DNA from: Camelus dromedarius
Taxonomy: Eukaryota
NCBI RefSeq assembly: GCF_036321535.1
Contig: NC_087436.1
Coordinates: 100,938,001-101,002,000 of the forward strand
Length of the DNA stretch: 64,000 nucleotides
Direction: 5' to 3'
Shown here: piece after piece, positions 1-11,510 of the stretch
Numbering within the stretch: the stretch's first letter is position 1
How the letters are laid out: every line of letters starts with the position of its first letter
Notes under the pieces: model-generated
Database searches by the model: none
Seen by the model: only the letters and a program-made list of their open reading frames with translations
What the model was told of the DNA's origin: nothing
Made by a program: the position numbers and the translations under genes

Positions 1-3000
1 CATTCTTTTACATTGTGGAGCCTTGTTAGGACAACATTCTGATATGAGGCGCTTACTGGATCCTTTGGAGGAAGGGCTCACACTGCATTGGGTTAAGTGC
101 ATTTCCTTTGTTGAGCACCAACCAGCAACCCCATTTAAGGAATTAAGCCTTTCTTTTCCTCTCTTTTTCACAGCATCAGTGGGATGCTTTCTTCCGAAAA
201 ACTGAGTATCTGGCATATGGAAAAATCAACTATTTGTACTAAAAGCTTGAGGCTTCTGAAGACTTTTGTGGGCATCCCATATAAATTCACTGGGTTGGAA
301 TTAACAGGTCTGTCCTTGCATAAATGAACAGAAAGTCTTCAAAGTAATTCTCTGCTAATCAGAGCAAATTAGTCTTGGATTCTACTGACATGGAAAAATT
401 CTAACTGGCAGCAAGCTTAAGGACTAGTAATAATTATATTATCATGGATTAGACAGTGTCAATATTTATATCCCTTTGTAAGATGCAATCTTTATTTAAG
501 ATAGAATAACTAAGTTTTCCCCAATATTGTAATGCTCTGATTATTAACATGCTTTTGGACTTGATAAATATATATCTTCTTGTCTGGAGACTGAATATAG
601 CCATGGTTAAGGAATCTGGGAACATCTCCCACTAATCTCTCAGTTTTCAAATCTCCTGAGATGTTCTTATCCTTATTACATCATCTAATAGCGTTTAGTA
701 ATCAGCAATAGCTTTATTTTATACATTTCTTCAAGAAAGTGTTTCTTGAGTACCCATTATGGCACCAAACTTAAACTGAATAGTAGAGAGACAATTACGT
801 GAAAAAGTGAAAAAGGATGAAGACATTCCTCTCCCTATGGAACTTAGGTTCTAACAAATGCTTGTACAGATAACTGCATAAAGGTTAGAAAAGTGCAAAT
901 AGTGTGCAACAATGTGTGTGTAATTGTTAAAATATATAACCAAGGCACAAGTTACCTGTGCATATGGATCTTTAAAACTGTTCATTGGAACATGTTAAAT
1001 AGCTTATAATTTTATTTGTCCATTATACCTCGGTATACTTGGGAGGGGAGTGGAGTTCATCTGGAAGCTTTTGAATGAGACAGAGTAAGTGATGTTTCCT
1101 ATCACATCAGCCGTGGTAGGATGGCTTTAATCAGGCTAGCTGTAAGAAACCCAAAACATCCAAGTAAAGCAGCAAAGGGGAATGACTAAATGCAGAAAAA
1201 AGACAAAGTTTTATTTTCCTTTCCTTCAAGGTGTAATATTTCAGAACACATGGAAGAAAATGCAAAACAAACATGCAGTTATGGCATCACTTCTTCTTTA
1301 CAATATTCTAAAATGTAAACTGATCGTTGAAACGTAACATGGACCAGAATTAAACCATGATGTGTTTTTTTAAAATTAAGGCAAAAATATTAAAACGGTA
1401 ATTGAAAAAGTCACTGCACAGATTAAATCAAATAGATTTGCCATCAAATGGGAACTTACCACTTTTCTATGTCTCTCAAGTTAGTTCTGAGTAGAGAAAT
1501 AAGTACTAGCCTCAAGAAAGAAAATGATCAAAATGAATGAAGTATATGTCAAGACATCTGACATATTTGCCTTTGCAATTTTGAGAGCCATTCAATTAAA
1601 TAAGACCTTTAGAACTTAAAAAGCATCATTGGTTTCAAAATGTAGATATGATGAACTCATAAAAGAAGCTCTGAAATCAAGCAGCCACCCAAACAATCAA
1701 TCAATTAACTGAGCAGTCTCTTTCTTCTGTTGTAGTTCTCTTCAATACAGATCAGTGCATTTTGAGGAGTGATTTTTGAGAAGGGAGAAATGACAATTGT
1801 TCGACTCCTATGGAGTAACAGTAATTAGATAATCAGGGAGAGGCAGAGACAGTGGCTCCCACTACAGTGAGCATTTGTCCAAAAGATGCAGCTGTACATG
1901 CCCCACGATTTGTAACCTCGTAATGAAGGAAAAAATGTAAATGATGACCAAGTTTGAGGGCACTGGTTTGCACGCTGATGCTTGTAAATTTGGAAATCAT
2001 GATAGTGGATGGTGTACCAATGCAGGGGGGATTTGTTTTTGAATATTTGTCCTCAAAAACAGCAGCGGAGAAATCCACATGAAATTATTCATTAGTTTAA
2101 TCTTCAAGAGCATTTCAAGTTCATCATATCTGCTTTTTAGAACTACTGTTATGTAGTATTTGTGTATCTAGAGGAAAAAGAAAGCTTCAACTATTTGAAA
2201 ATTAAGTCAATTAAAAAAAATTGTAAGTATTTTAGTTAACTTGAGACCATTAAAATTTAACTACTGACATCCCATTAAAATCAAATATAAATAAGCAGTA
2301 TTATGTACAGAGAGATATAGCAGCAACTGTGGTCCTTTCATTCTTTTTTATCTCTTTATATCAATAATACATAATTTGTGTCTGCGCTTATAAATTCTTA
2401 TGTTGGATTTATAACACATACATTTACAGCGATTTCTGTGCAAAACTAAAAATTATATCAGAATTTTTCCCCTCATATAATATTTGAAAAGAAAATATTT
2501 TAATATGATGGATATAAGTACCATTTAAACAAAAATAATTTATCTAGAATAATTTAACTCATGATACTTTGGAATACTTAATTCAAAAGGATTTGCCTCT
2601 TTGAACAATTAAATTCAAGTCACTTTAGAACAGAATTTCCACAAAACTGTATATATGTGTTTGTGTGTTTATATGTGTAAATATATGTACATATATATAG
2701 AATGCCTTCAAAAGTTGAGTAGTTTTAAAGTCTTTACCTAGTTAATTAAAAGTATTATATATATTTTCAAAAAATTAAACATTTTAAATAATCATAGACC
2801 AACTACATTTTACACAAACTATAAGTTAGATTATTTGAGTCACGGCAAGTGCAATGGAGAACTTTTGAAATATGTAATACTAATGAAATTAGCTTAATGT
2901 TACCTATATATATAGGTATCATGTAAGCCTCATAACAACCCAAGAGGAGAAGTCATTTGGCATATGCACATTCTCTAAACAGTAGAGATGCTATTTAAAC

Positions 3001-5399
3001 CCAAGAAGTCTGACTCCAGAATCAAGCATGGTGTGTGTATATATATGTTATAGAAAGTAAAATCACTTATAAGCTATATCTTAATTTAAAAAAGTGGAAA
3101 GAATCAATGTTAAGTGGAGATGTTCCAAAGTGCTTTATTAAGCAGGTCTAAGCCTCACATCTCATAGCCAAAACTTTGCTATCTACACATATCAATTGTA
3201 TAAATAGCAAGCATAAAGAGGTGCTTAAAAATACTTTTTGATGAATTGATAGCTAGGATGTATATAGTTGCAGCTATCTCGGTAGGTGGAACAATCTAGG
3301 AAATGTTCCTGGTGTAAAACCAGTCAAAAGTTGCGAGCTTGCTGGTATATAAGTTAACCCCTGCTATGTAACCCTGGACAGGTGGGGGTTGCTATAGACA
3401 GCATTTCAGATAAAAATAGATTAAAAACACTCTTCAAGTATTGCAAGGGTTCTTATCAATAAAAGGTACAAATTATAAGCTCTGTAAAACAGGTGACAGT
3501 GCCCTCTTGAGGACGCTATTGAAATTTGACACCAGCTACCTATCCAAGACTTCTGCAGGTAAATTGATGTTTTTTCCTTTATTCTAGAATCCCTGCCTTT
3601 TATTTTTACAATTATAAGAAAATGAAATGAAAGAACTATTCACATTGATTCTTCAAACTTTTCCTCAAAAGGAAGCCTTATAATACTGTAAAATTTAATG
3701 CAAGGATACAGAACTTTAATGTTAGGTTTTCCATAACCATAGGAAGGATGTGTTGCAATAATGGAACATATAGAGAGTATTATATGGCTTGGTACTGAGG
3801 GTTTGAACCAAAAATGTTTTAATAGCAAATATCCATACCAACCTATAGCAAATCTGGAATTGCACTCCACAAAAGATTCTAAACATGTTACCATCATTTA
3901 CATGAGCCTATCATTTGCTTAGGATGCCAGGACTTCTAACAGAGAGAATATAATAGCCTGTTGGCATGTTTTGTGACACTCTTGATCTAGTTCTTTGGTC
4001 TAGAACCTTTATGCTCCTAGGAGTGAGAGTGCCTCCTGGCTCTTTATGTTGTCCCCTGAATACACACAGACACACACACACATACATGCAACATAGAGTT
4101 TTTCCTTAAGTCTAACATCATAAAAGATTTGCAATCAAAATACAAATACCTATGAAACAGCTTTGTCGTAACCTAAAGAAAACCTACAAAAAAAAAAAAA
4201 AAAAAAGACCAAAAAATTTTTTAAATGAAAAGCAGGCTAAGTTTTAACAAAAAGAAAGAGATTCAGAGATTCCATTTGGAAATCATCTTAATAAAAAATT
4301 AAGAAAGGACGAAGAGAGTCAAAAGCTCAAATGGATTTTCTTTCTTAAGGTCACAGTAATTCCTATGTGTCACCCTGTGTGAGAACAAATTCAAAAACTG
4401 CTTGGAAATTACAAATCATTCATTTATAGGCTGCTTACTTCCTGAAAAATCTACCTGGTTATTTAGATTCCTTTTAGGCCATAGAATAGACAAGTAAGAG
4501 GTAAAAGCAAAAATAATATGCTTAGAGGTGACTCCCCAAACATTGGTAAGTGGATGTTCAACCTGAGGCAAAGATGTGAGGGACCAGAAACCCACTGCTT
4601 TTCCTCTGTTCAGTTGTGTTTCAGCTCCGGAAAAGGAACAAATATGTAAAAGTAACTAACCTTACCAAAACCAAAACCAAACAAAAGTGAAAAAAGCTAC
4701 AATAAGTCTCATAATTATATTTATTTTCCAAAGAAACAACTCTAAGCTTATTGAAAATAATCAATTAATTTAGAGATTCTTTTATAATTGTTTGTTAAAA
4801 CATCAACTTATTTTACTAAGAACACTAACATGTTTTTGTTGATTCACCCTCCGTAATTAGTAATTAATTACTCAGTAGCTTACAGGTATGGTAGTAATTT
4901 ATCATCCTGGATATAATAAATGATTATTATCTTTTAAAAATTTACATAAAATACACAAGATTTAGAGTCTTTGGGCCCCTAGAATGAAGAAACATAGAAA
5001 TAGTAATAAAATACACAAAGTGTCTTGTTAGTCTGTGTTATGTGTTGATAATTAAATTAAGAAAGAAAATGAGAAGAAAGAGAAAGGCATAATATATTTT
5101 TTGTCACAGATCACTATCTGTATAGAAGTGGGATGTGAAGTTTATAACATATTGATGTAAAAAAAAGGTACAGTTTTAAAATGTGTCCCAATAGCGTTAT
5201 ACCCTCTGGCTTTTCTCTGCACTGACTTGAACAAAAATTCTAGAATCCACTTTGCTAATGCTGAGAACACTCAGCCTTCTGTACAACCTGCTCATTTCTT
5301 GCCACTCCTGCCCCTCAAATGCGGAATCTGTTATTTTCTATATAGCTTCTCATTATTTTGTCTTAATGGCGGGCACTGTTATTATTTATTTACTTATTT

Positions 5400-6610
5400 A
5401 AACAGACAGAAATTGTCTATTATAAAGAGTGTTGTTTCCAGGCATGAATTCCATTTGAAGCTGCCATCTTCTGCCCTTTCTCTTATGATCAGACATCCTT
5501 AGAGAAGCATACACTACAGCCAACAATCTCTATCTTCTCGTCTCCCATTCGATCGCAAGCTGCTGATGCTGTGACCTGTGCCTTTACCCTGCCAGGGCTG
5601 TTCCCCTGAAGGTGTACAAGGGTCTAATTTATAAACTTGGTAGCTTGTGCAGGCCTCTTAATCTTCTGAAAACTCCTTGGCCTTCGTGACATCACACTTT
5701 TTGATTTTCCTTCTCTGACTGTTTCTGTTGTGTCAGACCTTAACCTCCACCCCCCCACCCACACAACTAGAGCTTAGCTGTTCTCCATAGTATTTTTCTA
5801 TTCTTCTCTATAATAATTGATTCAGCAACGCCATGGCTTTAAAACATCACTTCCATAGGCATGGTCTGTGTATCTATATTTCTAAATTTATCTCTGTCTT
5901 AGATCCTAATTCTTTATTTCCCACCTTCTCCCTATTTTCCTGGTCGTCCACCTATGTTTAAAATATTTTAAGCACTTCAAATATTGTGCCAAAAATTAAA
6001 TACATCGTGTATCTCCATAAATCATTTCTTTATTTTCTGTTTTAATGGTCATTGAATCTCCAAGAATTTTCTTGGAAACTTCCTTTTAATTTGTCTTCTC
6101 ATCAAGTTAGCTTTCACATTTTGCATATTTTACTTCTTTATTATCTTTCTTATATGTAATTTTCTCTTAAGTTCTGATACTGCCACCCTGATTCATACTT
6201 TTTGTGCTTTTCTAATGGAAATATTGTAATAGCCTTCTAAATAGCCTTTCTCCTCCTGTCTTCCCTCATTCCACTTTGTTCTGTCTATAGCTGTCAGATT
6301 AGTCTTTCTAAAGCTGAAAACTGTACAATAACCCACCACTGCATGTAAGTTAAAGTCTAGTTGTCTTAAGCTGCTGTACAAGACCTTGGATAATCTGGCC
6401 CCATTTTACTTTTCCAATATTTTATGTGCCCTGTGATCATTCAATACTACTATTCAATAATACTAGTTGACACAAGTTTAGTGGGTTTTTTTTTCACCCT
6501 TGTCCACCTTTCCAAGCCATTCCTGCCTATTGGAAAGCCTTTTCTCAATGTTCATATATTCAAATCTATCTTTTTTTTTAACCCCTGGAGGTCAATGCCA
6601 CTTACTCTGT
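5400..6610 (+). mobile_element. Long degraded L2 LINE fragment
   Basis: Pyrimidine-rich tract with L2-like motifs in colinear order: ccttggccttcgtgacatcacacttt, ccatggctttaaaacatcac, agtctttctaaagctgaaa, tacaagaccttggataatctggcccc. Boundaries approximate. Confidence 0.65.
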
Positions 6611-7127
6611 GAATGTCTGTTTAATCCCCTGCCACAAAGACAATACAAGGAACTCACACCACTTTAAGCCAGATATTTTGCACTAAGTTCTTTATGTGAG
6701 TTACTCTGCTGAAAACAATCTTTTTTCTTCCTGCTAGCCATCACTGAATAGTCTCTGTATTTTTCTTACGTCAGTAATTACACTTGGCTGAACATCATAT
6801 TTATTTTTGTGTCGTTTTCTCCCCCAAGAGTAAACTCTTTAAGGTCCACATCCAAACATGCTCCATGCACCCAAGAAACTAATATAGGAGTCAATTTACA
6901 AATCTCTGTGTGAAACAATATGCATAAACTATTCATAAATATGAAACACACATACATATTCACATGCATACATACATGTCTATGACGGTTTTGATAAATT
7001 ACTTCAACACTACTCATCAAAAACTCAAATATTCTCCATGTCATTGTAATTAATAATCACCAATGCGACATGCCAATATCAAAAGGAGATTAGACACTTC
7101 TGTAGGGAAGAGTTCTTTGTGACTCTT

Positions 7128-7182
7128 GTCTATCTGACTTAACTATCTGTCTGATTATCTATCTGACTCGACTATCTGACTC
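7128..7182. repeat. Short imperfect tandem repeat (CTATCTGACT unit)
   Basis: gtctatctgacttaactatctgtctgattatctatctgactcgactatctgactc contains four ctatctg cores. Confidence 0.7.
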
Positions 7183-8209
7183 TTTGCTCTTACTTTAATA
7201 ATTTGATTACCAGGGGAGGCATTGTTAGGCTTTGCTACCCTCTGTTCTTACCTAAAAAAAATAAAACTCAAGGAGAAAGAAAGAAACAATCACTCAAACA
7301 TATGAATAGTAATCAAGCCTGAAACACTTGCATATATCCAAATGATATGAATGACTGAGTGCATCTCCCCATCTCGGAGACAGGCTGCACACTCAGCTGA
7401 TGGAAACCTTAGCATCCTAACCCGCTGAGCACCGAGCACGCTGTCAGTCAGGAACACTAGTATCTAGTCGCAGAGGGAATGCCGCTTGGATTCACATGAT
7501 TACCTTTTTGATTAACTTTCCTACTCCCGTTGCTCTGTTTGTTCCCTGTTGCACACAGCTCTCTGGAAGGAGAAGCTACTCAGCTCCATGTACAGAAAGC
7601 TTTTTAAAATTCCTGGTTTGTTTTATGCCCTTCAGATAGCATTTATTTATTCTTTGAAATATTAAAATCTGCTTTTTAAAGCAAAATTACCTTCTGAAAA
7701 AAAAATAGCTCAAAACAATGAATGGCATTTCTACATCTTCTTCAACAGGAAGAAGCATATTGATTGGGCTAAAAAAAAACTACATAAGCAAATGGGAACA
7801 GCTTGTCGGAGGGGAAATTGCCCTGCCCTAATGAAAATGTGAGTAACTAGCAAAGCAATGCCAGCTGAAGCGTTGCTCTGCTTGGGGGCAGTTCCTGTCT
7901 TTGTAGGACTGCTCGGTGCCAGGGCCGACTGGACTGTAAGTTGCAGGCTATGCTGCGCTCCTCCAGGGCTTTTTCCTAGAAGTGCATGGCTTCTGGCACA
8001 CACGAGTCCATGATTTGATTTGCACTTGTGAAGCTGGAAAGTGCAGCCATGGTGATTAGCAGTGACCAGATTTCCACATGTTAAACAAGGAGCTTGCTCT
8101 TTACTGTGTCCTGAGTGGGAGAAAGTGAGGTGAAGGAAAGTGAACTACCAGCAAATGAGTATTAAGTCAACACTCGGCTGTAAAAGGCATCCTTTCCTCT
8201 CATGAATGT

Positions 8210-8472
8210 CATACAGAACTTGTTGAGCAAAAAATAACCAAACACAAAAGCATCAGTATGCTTCCATTTACATGAAATTCTAGAATATTTCTAGAGAGAA
8301 GGTTGCAAAGAGGCACAAGGATATTTCCTGAGATGATGGAAATATTTTATATTTTGATGGGGTGGTGGTTTTATCCATGTATATATTTGTCAAAGCTCAT
8401 TGAAATATACATTGGAAAAATCTGTGCATTTCACTGGATGTTAATTATTCAAATTATATCTCAATAAAACTG
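8210..8472 (+). mobile_element. Ancient L1 3' end (L1MB/L1MC/L1ME-like)
   Basis: ttccatttacatgaaattctagaa...gatggaaatattttatattttgatggggtggtgg...tttgtcaaagctcattgaa...tatatctcaataaaa matches old L1 3'UTRs. Confidence 0.75.
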
Positions 8473-9329
8473 ATTTATTTAAAAAAACAAACATTCAGCC
8501 CGGGCCATTTGCTCTTCTGAGACAGAAGGCAACACTGTATAATCCTAGAATCCCTTTGGAAGTTCTGCTTATATCTAAGCCTATGGTTTTTAACTGAGTG
8601 CAGACTCTAGGTTCGGGGAGCATGAACTTAGTCTGCAACCCCTAGTAGTTCTGTTGGCTTGGCATTAATAAAATTTACCTATCCTGCTTTGAGGACATAA
8701 TCATCAGGTTGTTGAGTCAAGTTTATTCTCTTAGCTTATGAGGAAATGTGGCTGAATTTCAGTTATGAAGTGTGTTTACACACACACAGATAAAAACACA
8801 CAACCAACAAAGCATTTAGACAAAATAAGCCTTTCCATTGATCTTCTAACAAAGAATGTATAGAGTCAAGGAATGCTTTATGTTGTTCTAGAGATAAAAC
8901 TAAAAATCAGGAAACAGAGAACATGAGGAGGTAGCCTGGGGCCTGTAGAAAAGAGACACTAAAACCATCAACTGTAGACAACAGACCACCCTACTTCAAA
9001 ACACACCCTCTCTTCTAGAGTGGAAAGAGCCTCTAGCTGGCCTTCAGCCTTCAGATGCTCTAATTTCACATCTGGTGGTAGAGGGGATTGTGCTGAATAC
9101 TCAAAATGTCCTTATACTTTTATTACACTTTAACAAAAGTACACTTTTGCCAAAGTACAGTGAACTCTAAAATACTATAGACAAATGCCAAATTGAATCT
9201 ATGATCTTGCTGTTTCAAATCATACTGGGTAAAAAAGGTAGTATCTTCTAATCTTTAAGGTCAACGGTCCATGTGGAAATGGTTTCGCTGATCTGAGGTA
9301 ATACAGTAACCGTTCATGTCTGTTCTGCT

Positions 9330-9512
9330 CTTGTGGGCAGGTGCTGTCCTAGGCACATGGCATGTGTCATCTAAAAATTTCTCTTTGCAAACACTCTATG
9401 TAGCAAGTTACTACAATCATTCCCATATTACTCAAAAGGAGTATTCAACTCAGAGAAATTAAGTAGCTTTCTCAGGTTTAATGGCAGATTTGTAGGGGAG
9501 CTTGGATTTTAG
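9330..9512 (-). mobile_element. MIR SINE fragment
   Basis: caggtgctgtcctaggcac...cattcccatatta...ctcagagaaattaagtagctttctcagg is the reverse complement of the MIR core. Confidence 0.55.
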
Positions 9513-9539
9513 AATACCTATGCCATACAATATTGCAAA

Positions 9540-9850
9540 AGTGCGTATGTAGGATCATTGTTAGTTATAGCAAAGAACTGGAAACAATTCTAATGTCTAT
9601 CAATAGAAGAACAGATAAATCAACTCTCACATAAGCCTTTAATGATATGCTATATACAACTGAAAATCAGTGAGCCGCAACTAATCACATCAACATAGAT
9701 TAATTTCCAAACAAAATTCCTGGTCATAAATCACAGAGGAATATACAAAGTATGGTAACATTTATATGTAACTCACAAATGGAAAACATAAAACAATATG
9801 TTTTGAGGGGATATATTCCTATATATTAAAATTATAATGAAAAATAAATA
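9540..9850 (+). mobile_element. Ancient L1 (L1ME-like) ORF2 end / 3'UTR fragment
   Basis: cattgttagttatagcaaagaactggaaacaattctaatgtctatcaatagaagaacagataaat is a typical L1 late-ORF2 motif. Confidence 0.7.
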
Positions 9851-11472
9851 TCTATAAACCCTATTTCTTCTCTACATTTTAATTTCTTATTCCATCTCAG
9901 ATAGTCCTCCAGCTAGTTTTGTGTTTATTTAGCTTAGATATAAGCTTTTCACCATTTTTCACCACTAAAGAAGGAATCATATTTGTTGCTTTTATCCCTT
10001 ACTTTATGATTCAAATAGTGTATTTTAATAAATCTTTAAGCTTATAATGAATAATAAGTAATAACTATAATAACATTTTGACAAAACTATCAGAAGCCAA
10101 GCATATAGAACAGTGTTTTAAAAAAGTATGTGCCAAGTTCCTTTGCTACTGAAAAATGTCGATCAAAGCCTGCTCTAGACTGACTCACTAGACCTCAGTT
10201 TACTCTAAATTTTTCCCCAGGGTCAAGTAGCTTGGCTAAATCCTTGAGAATACTCCTCTGTTCCATATCTTGTAATTTATTCTCTGCTACTAAATCTCTG
10301 CTTTGACCATACTTCTGGAATTGCAGGTCAGGCTTGCTCTCAGAAGTCCTGGCCTGGGCCCTAACCATCTGCTGCCAGACATTACTGAATCCATTTACTT
10401 GCCTGCCTGAATTCTGAAATAGCTTGTTGTCATCTTCCTTTGTCAATGAACTCTGATCATCAGCCAGGATACACACGTCGCCTGTCATCTGCCTGTTGTC
10501 TGATTAAGCCACTGTCAACTTCTATCAACATACTATCATGATATTATAGTTCATCTGCGTTTCCATCATTTAAAACAAAATCCACACTGCAAATGCTGGC
10601 CCCATAGCAGGGAAGTGGTGGGTGAAATGAGAGTGGCTTAAACACTCCCTAGAGTGCACTCTTCAGCATTTCTTCTAAAAAAGAAGCAACAGGAAGGAAA
10701 GATGATTGCATCCAGTATGGGAAGGTGAAACAGTCACAATTAACGTCAGCTACAGGTATATATTTCAGAATATTTCTTCAGTCGTTCAGTTGACCACCAT
10801 TTTGAGATTCTTGAATGTCTCAATTATTGAAAATACAGAAATGAATAATATATGGCCCATTTTCTCAAGGTGGTAAGTTATTGTACGAGAAAAAATAGCA
10901 TAGAACTTGCCTACAACAGCAATAGAAGCATGAACACAGCACGTAGGACCAGGGGTTTGAACTCCCTTCCCAGAGAGCCTATAATACCTAAGCTGAATCT
11001 TGAATACAATAATAATGGCAATATGATTAGTAAATAATTACTGTTTAACTAGTATTTGCCAATAATTAAGTGAAATGATTTCTAAATATTATTTCATTTA
11101 ATTCTCAAACAACTGCTAGGTTACATTGTTATTTCCAATACACAGTTGAAGAAACTGAGAGTCAGATCAGGTAAGAGTTTTCAAGGATGGAGAATAGGTC
11201 ATTGGATGGGGCAGAGATGGGGCTGGGACAATGAAGAATATTAAATTAGATAATTAAGGATTTTATAAAGTTAATTCAAAATGAAGGAGATGGGTAGAGA
11301 GGTAAAGTGGTAATGAGGTGTGGAATTTTTGAAGCTTTACTAAATTAGAATTACTAGTGCAGTAGAGTGTCTTGCATGTAATAGATTATGAAAAAATATT
11401 TTTAATGAAACAACGAGTATTACATGGTTTAGTCTCTAAATCAATTTACTTTGCAATTTAACAAAGTTGACT

Positions 11473-11510
11473 ATATATATATATATACATATATATATAT
11501 ACATATATAT
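11473..11510. repeat. (TA)n microsatellite, imperfect
   Basis: Seen directly. Confidence 0.95.

Noticed and set aside
10195..10488. 97-aa ORF ending GEKFRV, like the androgen receptor AR-V7 tail
   Set aside because: Only a six-residue match, with no splice acceptor at the equivalent position and no AR exons in the window. Treated as coincidence.
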